A stretch of DNA of 64,000 nucleotides from Candidatus Bathyarchaeota archaeon (GTDB lineage Archaea > Thermoproteota > Bathyarchaeia > Bathyarchaeales > Bathycorpusculaceae). This document shows, in pieces, positions 39,351 through 50,423 of this stretch. The stretch is taken from NCBI GenBank assembly GCA_963782525.1, contig CAWAKC010000009.1, positions 128,001-192,000 of the forward strand, given 5' to 3'. The notes under the pieces are model-generated. The model was not told where the DNA came from. It worked only from the letters and a program-made list of their open reading frames with translations, and ran no database searches. The translations under genes were made by a program, and so were the position numbers. Within the stretch, counting starts at the first letter, position 1; each line of letters starts with the position of its first letter.

Positions 39351-40424
39351 TCAGTGTAATACTTTTAGAACCTGTTCGTAGTAACGTGGACAATAAGTCA
39401 ATGTAGCTTGCCAAAAGCTCCCCGTGGAAGACTCGACTTCTTCTAGGTTACCCTCAACAATAACGATTTCATCTTTTTGTGCCTGCTGACGGAACTCTTC
39501 CATGTAACTATAAATCCGCGTTACCTCAAGCGCCTCTTTAGGACCGCTTAGAACTTCTAAGGGTTCTATGCCGTAGATTGATGGAATAAAAGGCGATTCA
39601 TCGTCCGCCGTAATTTTGGCTTTTAATTTAACCCAGCCCTTCTGCTTTATCCGGCATTGAGGGTCATATTCTGACTTGATTTCGCTCCACCCCTTCACCG
39701 GCTCAAACTCAGCTTTGATAACTCTACCACTATTCGCCGTATCATCGTAAAGCCCATAAATCATCTTGCGGCGTTGATGCCAAACAAAATCTTTAACATC
39801 AAAATTCTTGAAACGCCAGTCTTTCCCTTTCATGGCGTCTAATGATTCGAACTCGTTTCGCAAACCAGAACTGCTGTCAGCGTATAGTTGTACCATTGTC
39901 TTGCACATTTTGGCGTTTTCTGTTTTGCCGTAAATTGTGAAGTCGATATCTGAAAACTTTGGGTGATGAAAGCCATGTAGCATTGAACCGAAAACTCCGA
40001 AGCTTTCGGCTGAAACTCCTGATTTTCCAGTCGCAATGCCTAAGACACGCTCCATTGCAGCCAATAAGGGGTCGATTGGTCCTGCCTTGAGAAGTTCTTG
40101 GAGACGCGGTTGCGGTTGTCGTGGTTCGGCGATTAGTTTTTGGGGCACGCCGACGATTTTTAATCCAAGCATTTCATGGTTGATGAGGTATTGGGGATAT
40201 TTTTTGGCGACGATTTTCATGCCTTCGTCGTTGTAGAACTTGTAGAAGAGCTCACTTCTGCCTTCTCTGGGTGCTCTTGGGTCTGTTGAATGAAAAATTT
40301 TTGAGCTGGCATATTCGGCGTCGCAGATATATGCGTTTTTAGGGTGGCTGTAGCCGAAGACCCGGAAAATCAAGCCTTCCGCCGTTTGGATGGCGTCACG
40401 GTCGCGTAGTTTTACAATGGCCAT
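39351..40424 (-). CDS. predicted nucleotidyltransferase (COG1665-like), paralog 2
   Basis: RDRD, VFGYSHP, GVFGS...SDID, GNLEEV. Confidence 0.8.
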   Translation of the reverse strand: MAIVKLRDRDAIQTAEGLIFRVFGYSHPKNAYICDAEYASSKIFHSTDPRAPREGRSELFYKFYNDEGMKIVAKKYPQYLINHEMLGLKIVGVPQKLIAEPRQPQPRLQELLKAGPIDPLLAAMERVLGIATGKSGVSAESFGVFGSMLHGFHHPKFSDIDFTIYGKTENAKMCKTMVQLYADSSSGLRNEFESLDAMKGKDWRFKNFDVKDFVWHQRRKMIYGLYDDTANSGRVIKAEFEPVKGWSEIKSEYDPQCRIKQKGWVKLKAKITADDESPFIPSIYGIEPLEVLSGPKEALEVTRIYSYMEEFRQQAQKDEIVIVEGNLEEVESSTGSFWQATLTYCPRYYEQVLKVLH

Positions 40425-41470
40425 ATGTATTCTTCTTCTGAAGTAGCTGTACCCACGACAACTTGGTAGAAGACGCTGCTGTCTCGGGTTGATTGGACTT
40501 TTTCAAGGGTTCCTGCAACTTTAATTTGCTGTCCCGCTCGAGCAACATTTCGGTAGCAACCGATGTTTGAGACAACTTGAGTAGGGATTTTGTTTATGTC
40601 AATTTCTGATTGGTCGTCTTGTGGTTGGTATCCGCTTATTTTGTAGATTGCGGGGCGATACATTGTTTCTGTATCATCGCAGACTGTTGCGGAAAAACGC
40701 ATCGGCGCCAAAGGCGTATAGGTATAGTCTCCAAATTGGGTTTTGATTTCCTCAGGCTTTTTTGTTGCATTATACATCCAAATTTTGCCTTGGTATTTGC
40801 CCACGAATTTTCTTGCGGCTTCTATACGGTTCCCTGCAATGTAGGAGAGCTTGTTTTCGTTTACAAGTCTTTGTATTGCATCTTCTACAATGCGAAAGTT
40901 GTTTGTGCCATAAACGACGAAGTCGATGTCGGATTCGAGCGCATGCATCTCAAGCGCTATGGAGCCGTGGATGCCCAAATCACTACAGGGTACACCCGAT
41001 TCTTTTGAGATTAAATCTATTAATTGAAGCGACATATCTTGAAGCTTATCAGGTTTTTTGAGGTTCTGCAGCCAGACCAAACGGTCTTTGGGAACAAAAA
41101 CCTGCTCAATCGCGTCAAGCGGCGCTGTTATGAGTTCTTTTCCGCGTGTCTGATCGAAGTAGAGGTAGTTTGGGAATGTTTTGCGGAAGGCTTCGATGAA
41201 TGTTTGGTAGTTTTTTGCAGTGTAAAGTTTTTCTGCGCGGAAAAGCTGGTTTGTAAGTTCGTTTGTGCCAAATTTCCATGTTCGGGTCAGCATTTCCACG
41301 TTAAAAAGCTGTTTGTATTGGGCTGGGATGTACTTGAGGAATGCAAAGACACGGTCGTTAGGGTGTTCGTAGCCAAAAGTGTTCATAATGAAACCGTCTT
41401 TTGTAACGAAGGTGTCTCCGTCCATTGGAGTCCAAATATCTGCTGCTTCTTCCGTAAGGGTGCACCGCAA
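40412..41470 (-). CDS. predicted nucleotidyltransferase (COG1665-like), paralog 3
   Basis: DGD, TFGYEHP, GIHGS...SDID, GTLEKV. Confidence 0.8.
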   Translation of the reverse strand: MRCTLTEEAADIWTPMDGDTFVTKDGFIMNTFGYEHPNDRVFAFLKYIPAQYKQLFNVEMLTRTWKFGTNELTNQLFRAEKLYTAKNYQTFIEAFRKTFPNYLYFDQTRGKELITAPLDAIEQVFVPKDRLVWLQNLKKPDKLQDMSLQLIDLISKESGVPCSDLGIHGSIALEMHALESDIDFVVYGTNNFRIVEDAIQRLVNENKLSYIAGNRIEAARKFVGKYQGKIWMYNATKKPEEIKTQFGDYTYTPLAPMRFSATVCDDTETMYRPAIYKISGYQPQDDQSEIDINKIPTQVVSNIGCYRNVARAGQQIKVAGTLEKVQSTRDSSVFYQVVVGTATSEEEYIWPL

Positions 41471-42285
41471 AATAAGGGTGAAGAGTGTATTAAAAAAGCT
41501 ATCCCAAAGTTTGGCTCCAGAAAGCGTCAGGGGTGACCTAACTTTCTTTAGTCGCTGTAATTGTTAGATACTTCGCTTCAAATGTGCCTTCTGCATGCTT
41601 TTGAGTTCTATAGTCTATTACAAGTACTACTTTGACCCGGTAAAACTATGCTACGATTTTAAAGCTATAATTTTTTTCTAGACTGGATGCAGATCTCTAA
41701 AGGATTTGGAGTATGATTTATGCCACTGGTCAATTGTCAGTGTCGTTTATGAAATTTCAGGTGATTATGATTTTTTAACAATCTTGAAGCTGAGGGATCT
41801 ATGGTCTTGAATTCGTTAATTAAAAATTTGTTATTAATGCCATGCATTCAAGAAAACGTTGACTATAGTCGCCAGAGACATTGTGAAAGAAGATTTTGAG
41901 TGATTCTTGTTTTTTGCTGAATTTACTGGTATAAGTCTTAATTATGAATAAATCACAACCATCATTAAATTTAGTGAACTAGCCATCCAATGTTTGAAGA
42001 CAACAAAAGGAGTTGTGTAAAAAAAAACCCAATCTCCATTAGTGACTTTATCTGCGTTATGTTGGTAATTTGATTTATAATTTGATTAATTCTTGGATAA
42101 ATTTTGAGGTTTTAACTTAACTATCGCCTTAATATGAACAATATGCCTGAATTCCGGGCTTCTTTAAAACATGTATCCACGAAATATGTTTGTTTGTTTT
42201 CAAACGGATAATCTTATATACAACAATTATCTATTTGCACAGATATTAAACAAATAAGTAAACATATGTCAAATGGTGTAATAAA

Positions 42286-43563
42286 ATGAGTGTAACAACT
42301 TTAAGTTCAAACTCCGGAGACGTAGCATGGATAATTACAGCAACAGCCCTCGTAATGATAATGACACCTGCATTAGGCTTCTTTTACGGCGGCTTAGTGC
42401 GCAAAAAAAACCTCGTATCCACAATCGCGCAATGCTTCATCATTTTCGCCGTAATCAGCCTTACTTGGGCACTTTGGGGCTACAGCATGGCTTTTGGCCC
42501 CAGTTACCACGGCATAATCGGTAACCTGTCCCTCGCAGGATTAAACGGCATAGGCATACACGACATCAACCCAGCTCTAGCCGCAACCATACCCACACTA
42601 CTCTTCTTCGCGTTTCAGCTAAAGTTCGCAGCAATCACCCCCGCCCTAATCATCGGTTCATGCGCTGAAAGAGTTCGCTTTCGTTCATTGCTAATTTTCA
42701 TTCTCCTGTGGTCAACGCTAATCTACGTCCCGATTGCACATTGGGTATGGAACCCTGACGGCTGGCTCAAAGGCGTAGGCGCTATTGATTTCGCAGGCGG
42801 ATTAGTCGTCCACATATCCGCAGGTATCTCCGCTCTTGCAGCGGCACTCGTCATTGGCAGACGCAAAGGATGCACAGTTCCCTGGAAACAACACATGAAA
42901 GAAATCGACCAAAAAGAAAGAGTGGAGTTCAAACCAACAAACATTCCCTATGTCCTATTGGGCGCAGCTTTGCTGTGGTTTGGCTGGTTCGGATTTAACG
43001 CAGGCAGTGCATTGGCAGCAAACGACCTTGCAGTCTCAGCACTCGTGGTTACAAACTTAGCCGCAGCAGCAGCCGCAGTCAGCTGGATGCTTATGGATTG
43101 GCTCCTCAAAGGCAAACCATCTGCAGTCGGCATGGCAGTTGGCGCAGTCGTTGGCTTAGTCGTCATCACCCCTGCGTCAGGCTTCGTTAACCCTCAAGCA
43201 GCAATAATCATGGGTTTCATAGGCGGCATAATCTCTAACCTCGTTGCAAGCTGGAGAGCAGGCAGATCACGAATTGACGACACATTGGATGTCTTTGCAT
43301 GCCACGGCGTCGGTGGCATATGGGGTGCAATCGGCACAGGAATATTCGCATCAATAGGCGCAACCGGCCTGATATACGGAAACGTCCACCAATTCCTCGC
43401 CCAGCTATTAGCTGTTGGTGTAGTGGTGCCGTTCTCCTTCGTCGGTTCCTGGCTGTTGCTTAAAGCGGTCAACCTGTTCTCGCCTCTAAGGGTCAGCCCA
43501 GAAGCAGAAGATGCAGGCTTAGACCTCAGCGAGCACGGTGAAGAAGCCTACCAACTAGATTAG
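42286..43563 (+). CDS. amt: ammonium transporter, copy 1
   Basis: FFYGGLVR, HWVW, DFAGG..VH, WFGWFGFNAGS, DDTLDVFACHG. Confidence 0.95.
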   Translation: MSVTTLSSNSGDVAWIITATALVMIMTPALGFFYGGLVRKKNLVSTIAQCFIIFAVISLTWALWGYSMAFGPSYHGIIGNLSLAGLNGIGIHDINPALAATIPTLLFFAFQLKFAAITPALIIGSCAERVRFRSLLIFILLWSTLIYVPIAHWVWNPDGWLKGVGAIDFAGGLVVHISAGISALAAALVIGRRKGCTVPWKQHMKEIDQKERVEFKPTNIPYVLLGAALLWFGWFGFNAGSALAANDLAVSALVVTNLAAAAAAVSWMLMDWLLKGKPSAVGMAVGAVVGLVVITPASGFVNPQAAIIMGFIGGIISNLVASWRAGRSRIDDTLDVFACHGVGGIWGAIGTGIFASIGATGLIYGNVHQFLAQLLAVGVVVPFSFVGSWLLLKAVNLFSPLRVSPEAEDAGLDLSEHGEEAYQLD

Positions 43564-43846
43564 AGCGTTTCCCGCTCCATTTTTTCCTTTTTTGTCAATT
43601 TAACTTTTAATTTCTAGGTTTTAGCTGTGGTTAACTTTTGGACAAGTTATTCTTTAGCCACAGTTTTTTTGGACAATTTTGCGATTATCAGGTTAACTAC
43701 GAGATATTATAGTTCAGATATACCGCTTAGCATGCGGTTAATTGGACATTTATCAATATTTAGGCTTTTATTCGGTGCGAATGCATAGTTTAAATATTTG
43801 TTCTAACAAAAAAGGGGAGTAACAAAGCAGAGAGACAGGGGAAGAG

Positions 43847-45142
43847 ATGTCTTACAATCCAGCGGACGTTGCATGGGTTCTAACGTCAACAGCACTAGTT
43901 ATGCTGATGACTCCAGCCTTAGCCTTCTTCTACGGAGGCTTAGTCCGCAGAAAAAACCTTGTCTCCACACTCGTCCAATGCATCGCCATATTCGCAGTCG
44001 TCAGCCTTGTTTGGTTCTTTTGGGGATATAGCCTTGTTTTTGGACCCAGCGTCGGCGGAGTAATCGGAAACCTCTCTCTTGTAGGCTTAAACGGCATAAC
44101 CGTAAACCAAGTTAACTCAACTTACGCTTCAGGCATTCCAGAAATCCTATTCTTCGCCTTCCAACTTAAATTCGCCGCAATCACACCTGCTTTAATAATA
44201 GGTGCCTGTGCAGAAAGAATCCGATTCAAATCGTTACTGATATTCGTTGTTTTGTGGTCTACCTTAATTTACTCGCCAATTGCCCATTGGCTTTGGAACG
44301 TTAACGGTTGGCTTCACGTTTTGGGTGCCTGGGACTTTGCGGGCGGCATAGTTGTGCATGTTGCAGCCGGGTTGTCAGCGTTGGCGGCAGCACTCATTGT
44401 GGGTAGACGTAAGGGCTGCGTTTACTGGAAAGATCAAATGAAAGCTTTAGACCGCAAAGACGTCGGTACAACAGCTATTGGAACCGAGTTTAAGCCCACG
44501 AACATCCCATATGTGATTTTAGGTGCAGGCCTATTGTGGTTTGGCTGGTTTGGCTTCAACGGCGGCAGCGCACTAGCAGCTGATGGCATCGCTGTTTCTG
44601 CGGTGGTTTCGACAAACTTGGCGGCGGCAGCGGCTGCGGTAAGTTGGATGATTCTGGATTGGGTAATCAAAGGGAAGCCTTCAGCAATCGGCATCTCCGT
44701 CGGTGCAGTCTGTGGAATGGCTGCGGTAACAGCAGCAGCCGGCTACGTGAATTTCACGGCAGCAGTAATAATTGGGTTATCTGCAGGTATAATTTCAAAC
44801 TTGGTTGCGAACTGGCGTGCAGGCAGATCCAAAATCGACGATACTCTCGACGTTTTCGCTTGCCACGGAATCGGCGGCATCATCGGCGCACTAGCAGTCG
44901 GTTTATTCGCAACTGTTGCAGTTAATTCAATCGCTAATGTTAATGGATTGTTCTATGGCAATCCTGCGCAACTTGGCATCCAAGCACTCGCAGTAGTTGT
45001 TGTAGCAGCTTTTGCGTTCGTTGGTTCGTATTTGCTGTTGCGGTTGGTCGATGTGTTTTCTCCGTTACGCGTAAGTCCAAAAGAGGAAGATGAAGGCTTG
45101 GATATGAGTCAACACGGCGAAGAAGCATACCACTTAGATTAG
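43847..45142 (+). CDS. amt: ammonium transporter, copy 2
   Basis: Same Amt motifs; close paralog of copy 1. Confidence 0.95.
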   Translation: MSYNPADVAWVLTSTALVMLMTPALAFFYGGLVRRKNLVSTLVQCIAIFAVVSLVWFFWGYSLVFGPSVGGVIGNLSLVGLNGITVNQVNSTYASGIPEILFFAFQLKFAAITPALIIGACAERIRFKSLLIFVVLWSTLIYSPIAHWLWNVNGWLHVLGAWDFAGGIVVHVAAGLSALAAALIVGRRKGCVYWKDQMKALDRKDVGTTAIGTEFKPTNIPYVILGAGLLWFGWFGFNGGSALAADGIAVSAVVSTNLAAAAAAVSWMILDWVIKGKPSAIGISVGAVCGMAAVTAAAGYVNFTAAVIIGLSAGIISNLVANWRAGRSKIDDTLDVFACHGIGGIIGALAVGLFATVAVNSIANVNGLFYGNPAQLGIQALAVVVVAAFAFVGSYLLLRLVDVFSPLRVSPKEEDEGLDMSQHGEEAYHLD

Positions 45143-45368
45143 GTAAAACCAGACTTTAAAAAATAAAAATTCAAGTTTTTAGTGGTATCTAGTCTTTTGT
45201 GGTTTGTTTATTTAGTTAAATCGCTGCGTTATTGTCAAAACTAATTTAGGGCTGATGGAAACCAGCTTAAATTGGATAAGGTTGATCGGAAAAAAATTAG
45301 ATTAAGAAGTTAGCGGTTTTTTGCAAAGATATATGAATATAGAATTTGTATGAGGATTCTGGGTGTGA

Positions 45369-46994
45369 TTGGGCATAAAACAGCGAAGCGTTCTCTGCTT
45401 ATCCATTGCAGCACTCATAGCCGTATGTATTTTAAGCGTATAGTACATCGAACCCGCCGACCCATGTTTTGGCCCCTGCATAACCGCAGACATCGACAGA
45501 ACCCTTGTAAACATCAACGAAACCGTCACAGTAACTGGACAAGTGTGCCCTTCAGCTGAAAACAAAACCGTGCGAGTCGCGTTCACTCGACCAGACTACA
45601 CATATGTCGATCGGATCGTGCCAACTGACCCAGAAACAGGCAATTTTTCAGTCACCCAGCAACTTGACATGATAGGCTGTTGGAATATCTTCCCCATAGA
45701 TGGCCACATTGCTGACAGATTATTCGCTGAAGTAACCGATCCTGTCAATCCCAACGCACCCACGCCTACGCCAAGTATACCATCGACCTATAAGCCCGTT
45801 TACAACGTCATTTACGTTTGCGTGGCATTGTTAACTGTCGGTGGAGTAGCGGCTTTTCTTGGAACAAGAAACAAAACAAGAAAAATCAGTTCGCTTCGTC
45901 TGTTAGTTCAAATAGGTTTGTTGTTTCTAATTTTCTTCGGCACATTCATCGATCACTGGGGATATTTGGCGCCTGGGGCAGAGCTTGCTCCTCACGAAAT
46001 TGATGTTTCAACCAACGTATTTGGCGTTGGTATGCCTGATGGGATTCCAGCTCCCGTTTTTGGATGTTATTATCCGTGCGGACGGACCGTTACCTGCGCA
46101 TTGTGGCAGATTCAAACTTACATTTACCCATTCTTCAACGTAGGCGGCGGCTGGGGCGTGCACTATGATTCGACAGGCTTGGCAAGATTAGCTGTAGTTT
46201 TCGGTATAATCATCTTTGCTGCCGTTATTCTAGGCAGATTTTTCTGTGGCTGGATTTGCCCATTTGGCTTATACGTGGATTTGATGACGCGCCTGCGAAA
46301 AGCATTGAAGATTAAGCACCGGAACTTTTCTGATAGGTTTAACGAGCGGTTCCACCAGTTAAGCTACCTCATATTGGCACTCATCATCGTACTAAGCGTC
46401 GTTTTTGCCTCACAAGCCCTATCTGCTTCGCCCTTAATCGCCGGTACTCAAAAGGGCGGAGTCGTCTACAACTACTATTCAGCGCCCTTCTGCCAAGTCT
46501 GCCCCATGAAACCCCTGTGCCTTTTGTCAGAAGTCAGCGTTGGTCTGATGAAGCCAGAATGGGTAACTCAGACTACAACTGGGCAATTCTGGCAGCTGGG
46601 TCAATTCTTAACCTCAACCAACCTGCTCATACTTGGAATAGTAACGGTTGCGGCGTTCTTTTTCCGGCGTTCATGGTGCAGAATCTGTCCGCTCGGCGGC
46701 TTAATCGCTTTGTTTAACCGTTTTCCCCCGTTCAAATGGGTATCTGGTGTGGGTTTAAGCAAGGATGAAGAAAAATGTACCAAATGCGGAATCTGCAAAC
46801 GGGTTTGCCCAACCCAAATAAAAGAAGTTTACGAAGGAAAAAGCGGAGACAGAGCAACCTCACAATGCATCTACTGTCTGCGCTGCGTAGAGATGTGCCC
46901 CAGCGAGGGATGCTTGCAATTCAAGTTTGCAGGTAAAACTGTTTGTAAATCTAGAAACTGGTTAAATAAATCTGACAGCCTAAAAGGAGAATAA
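45369..46994 (+). CDS. membrane 4Fe-4S protein (NapH/MauN-like) with extracellular N-terminal domain; in-frame TAG at 45441
   Basis: CGWICP, CQVCP, CRICP and two CxxCxxCxxxCP motifs; signal peptide in the same frame from TTG 45369. Confidence 0.75.
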
Positions 46995-46995
46995 C

Positions 46996-47925
46996 ATGAA
47001 AAGAAGCTACTTGCATAAAAAACTGGTTTTAGCCATAATTTTCCTATTACTTGCCACGATGTTAATTTCAGTTAACCAAGTAAACTCGCAAACTCCCCTG
47101 GAAACAATTATCATACAACCAGACGGTACTGTTTCTCCTGCAACAGCTGCAATTCAGCAAAACGGAAACACCTACACCTTCACCGACACCGTTTACGCCG
47201 CCTTAAAAATACAGAAAAGCAACATAGTGTTAAACGGCGCAGGATACACTCTTTCTGGACCCTACAACGGAACCCAAGCAGACGTTTGGGTTATAGGTAA
47301 TGGACCGTCAGAGGGCTCTAAGGAATACGTTATTGGGGTTGATTTAGGAAACGCAGACGTTGAAGGTGTCTCAATTGAGAATTTGAACATCAAAAACTTC
47401 AGCATCGGCACGTACATCTGGACAAAAAACAACACATTTACAGGAAATTCCGTTGACGAGAACATCGTCGGTATCTTGCTTTCTGGCTCAAATAATACGG
47501 TTAGCGGAAATACGATTGCAAACAATAAGCGCGGTGTATTTTTTGGTTTTAACAGCGAAGTCGACATCATCCCTACCGATATTGTTCTTTTCAACAACAG
47601 CTTCGAGAATAATGGCATTCAACTTAACGGGTGCATGTGTGTTGACCAAAACACAACTGAGTCACCGCATAATTGGGACAATGGAAAAGAAGGAAACTTT
47701 TGGAGCAACTACAACGGCACGGACGCCAACGGCGACGGTATCGGCGACACATCGTATATCATAGACTCCTTGAACAGGGATCGCTATCCATTGATGGCAA
47801 GTCCTGTGCAGCCACTTGTTGCAGAAAATCAAAACTGGACTTTACTGATAATCTTCGTTGCAGCCTTCATCCTAGTTGTGGTTGCATTGTTCTTGGCGTT
47901 GAGACGGTTTAAGAATCGACCTTAA
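46996..47925 (+). CDS. NosD-like parallel beta-helix surface protein
   Basis: Signal peptide, NN/GI repeats, WDNGKEGNFWSNY, DGIGD, DRYPL, C-terminal TM. Confidence 0.85.
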   Translation: MKRSYLHKKLVLAIIFLLLATMLISVNQVNSQTPLETIIIQPDGTVSPATAAIQQNGNTYTFTDTVYAALKIQKSNIVLNGAGYTLSGPYNGTQADVWVIGNGPSEGSKEYVIGVDLGNADVEGVSIENLNIKNFSIGTYIWTKNNTFTGNSVDENIVGILLSGSNNTVSGNTIANNKRGVFFGFNSEVDIIPTDIVLFNNSFENNGIQLNGCMCVDQNTTESPHNWDNGKEGNFWSNYNGTDANGDGIGDTSYIIDSLNRDRYPLMASPVQPLVAENQNWTLLIIFVAAFILVVVALFLALRRFKNRP

Positions 47926-47980
47926 TTCGCTTGCGGTATTCTTTTATCCCGAATATTGTTAACATTTATTGTGAATTTTC

Positions 47981-48562
47981 ATGAAAGTTGTTGCTATTAA
48001 TGGAAGTGCAAGAAAAGACGGAAACACCGCCATCTTAATCCAACGTGTCCTTAAAGTCCTTGAGGGGGAAGGAATAGAAACAGAACTTATTCAACTTGCA
48101 GGTCAACAATTCCATGGCTGCACTGCATGCGGAACATGTCGAAAAGTCCAGAACAAACAATGCAAAATCGTAAACGACAACGTCAACCTATATATCGAAA
48201 AGATGATTTCTGCTGATGGCATAATCCTCGGTTCCCCCACATATTTTTCGATGATGACTTCAGAGATGAAAGCACTTATTGACCGAGCTGGATTTGTTGG
48301 CAGAGCAAACGGAGACCTATTCAAGCGCAAAGTCGGCGCGGCGGTTGTGGCTGTTCGTCGCGCAGGTGGAATCCCAACCTTCGATGCGATTAACCACTTT
48401 TTCCTCATCAGCCAAATGATTGTTCCGGGCTCCTCCTACTGGAACGTGGGTATAGGCTTAGCGAAGGGTGACGTAGAAAAAGATGAAGAAGGGATGAAAA
48501 CTATGGACGATTTAGGGAGAAACATAGCTTGGCTCCTCAAAAAAATTGGTCCTTCCATTTGA
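47981..48562 (+). CDS. iron-sulfur flavoprotein (Isf/flavodoxin family)
   Basis: [16 protein letters not shown]...C, GSPTYF, VRRAGG. Confidence 0.9.
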   Translation: MKVVAINGSARKDGNTAILIQRVLKVLEGEGIETELIQLAGQQFHGCTACGTCRKVQNKQCKIVNDNVNLYIEKMISADGIILGSPTYFSMMTSEMKALIDRAGFVGRANGDLFKRKVGAAVVAVRRAGGIPTFDAINHFFLISQMIVPGSSYWNVGIGLAKGDVEKDEEGMKTMDDLGRNIAWLLKKIGPSI

Positions 48563-48650
48563 GTCTTTTTTTTATGTGGTTATAGGTCAGTTAGAAAAAG
48601 AAAAATCGGTTAAAGAAAAAAGAAGTTGCCCACAGAAGGGCGGGGGGAGC

Positions 48651-50267
48651 TTATTTCATTATGGCTTTGAGGTCTTCGTCTGGGGTCTTGATGGGCATTA
48701 TGTTGAACTTGTCAACGAGTACCTTGAGTATGTTTGGGGTTATGAATGCCGGTAGGCTTGGTCCGAGGCGAATATCCTTAATGCCCAAGTACAGCAGTGA
48801 CAGCAAGATTGCAACGGCTTTTTGTTCATACCAAGATATCACAAGTGAGAGCGGTAAATCGTTAATTTCTACATGGAACGCTTCTGCCAAGGCTTGAGCG
48901 ATTTTCACGGCTGAATAAGCGTCGTTGCATTGTCCGATGTCAAGTAATCGTGGGATGTCATCGATTGTTCCAAGTTCTTTGTCGAAGAAACGGAATTTTC
49001 CGCATGCCAAAGTCAAGATAATGGTGTTGCTGGGTGCTTTTTCCACGAATTCGGTGTAGTAGCTGCGTCCGGGTTTTGCTCCGTCGCATCCGCCTACGAG
49101 GATGAATCGTTTAATGTGTCCGCTTTTGACTGATTCAATAACTTTACCTGCTACGCTTAGAACCGCATTTCTGCCAAATCCAACTAAAACTGTTTTGCCT
49201 TCAACGTCCTCTGGGAAACCTGGTAATTCTAAAGCTTTCTTGATAACTGCAGAATAGTCTTTGCCTTCGATGTGTGGTACGCCTGGATAACCGACGGGTC
49301 CCGTTGTGAATATGTTGGCTTTGTAAGTTTCGATTGGGCGTTGAATGCAATTGGTCGTCATGAGGATGGCTCCTGGGAACTGGGCGAATTCTTTCTGTTG
49401 GTTTTGCCATGCGGTTCCGTAGTGTCCGTAGAAGTTGGGGTAGGCTTTGAGTTTTGGGTAGCCGTGGGTTGGGAGCATTTCGCCGTGTGTGTAGACGGTG
49501 ATGCCTGTGCCTTGGGTTTGTTTTAGTATGTTTTCTAAGTCGATTAAATCGTGTCCTGAAACGAGGATGGCTTTGCCTTTTTTATGTCCTAATGGTACTT
49601 TGGTTGGGACGGGGTGACCGTAGGTTTCGGTGTTGCCTGCGTCGAGGAGTTCCATGGCGCGTATGTTGATTTCGCCGCATTTGAAAACTAAGCCAACAAA
49701 ATCGTTTATGCCAAGTGACTTGTTGAATTGAGCTACTAGTCCTTCGTGTATGAAGTCGAAGACCTTTTGGTCTTTTTTGCCGAGAAGGTAGGCATGATAA
49801 GAGTATGCTGCGACGCCTTTTAATCCGTAAGTTAAAAGCCACTGCAATCCGTGCAAGTCAGGGTCCAAGGTAGAATCTGAGTTTATCCCGTGCTGTTTGC
49901 CCTGTGCAATCAAGCCTTCAGTCGTATTTGCTAACGGCAAATAATCAGTTTTAACATTAAGTTGTTTATGCAGTTTATCGTGTAGCTCAGCGGCTTTTCT
50001 TATGTAAGCGACTATGGCTTCGGGGTCAAAATTCACGTTTGTCAACGTAACGAAGAGTGCTTCAGCGGTGAAAACGCTTGTTTTCTCATCTTTTACTCCA
50101 GCTTTTTCCGCTTGGATAACGAGTTGGCTGAGTTCACGTAGTTTGTAAACTAACAGGTCTTGGAGGTTGGCGACGTCGGATGTTTTGCCACATACTCCTG
50201 CGATGGTGCAGCCTGTTCCTTTAGCTGTTTGTTCGCATTGGTAACAGAACATTTGGTTTTGACTCAT
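48651..50267 (-). CDS. hcp: hybrid cluster protein (hydroxylamine reductase)
   Basis: MFCYQCEQT, GVCGK, SGHDL, YTHGEMLP, GGCDG, GQCND, WYEQKA. Confidence 0.97.
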   Translation of the reverse strand: MSQNQMFCYQCEQTAKGTGCTIAGVCGKTSDVANLQDLLVYKLRELSQLVIQAEKAGVKDEKTSVFTAEALFVTLTNVNFDPEAIVAYIRKAAELHDKLHKQLNVKTDYLPLANTTEGLIAQGKQHGINSDSTLDPDLHGLQWLLTYGLKGVAAYSYHAYLLGKKDQKVFDFIHEGLVAQFNKSLGINDFVGLVFKCGEINIRAMELLDAGNTETYGHPVPTKVPLGHKKGKAILVSGHDLIDLENILKQTQGTGITVYTHGEMLPTHGYPKLKAYPNFYGHYGTAWQNQQKEFAQFPGAILMTTNCIQRPIETYKANIFTTGPVGYPGVPHIEGKDYSAVIKKALELPGFPEDVEGKTVLVGFGRNAVLSVAGKVIESVKSGHIKRFILVGGCDGAKPGRSYYTEFVEKAPSNTIILTLACGKFRFFDKELGTIDDIPRLLDIGQCNDAYSAVKIAQALAEAFHVEINDLPLSLVISWYEQKAVAILLSLLYLGIKDIRLGPSLPAFITPNILKVLVDKFNIMPIKTPDEDLKAIMK

Positions 50268-50423
50268 AAGTATCACTCTATAAACATGATACAGCGTTTT
50301 TATTAAATAGATGTTGTCCCGAACATCTAAGGGATTCTAGCCCGACTTCAATAAAAAGTGCGGATAAACTCGTGCGCTTTAGTTATATTGTACGTTTTAA
50401 TTATTGTTCTAATAGGTCTTTTT

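Noticed and set aside
41540-42280. Long AT-rich intergenic stretch before the first amt
   Set aside because: I found no convincing ORF, repeat or stable structure by eye.
45441-45443. Genome-wide TAG (pyrrolysine) recoding
   Set aside because: TAG is the normal stop of several intact genes here (both amt copies, rnhB, the TrmB gene) and no pyl genes are in the window.
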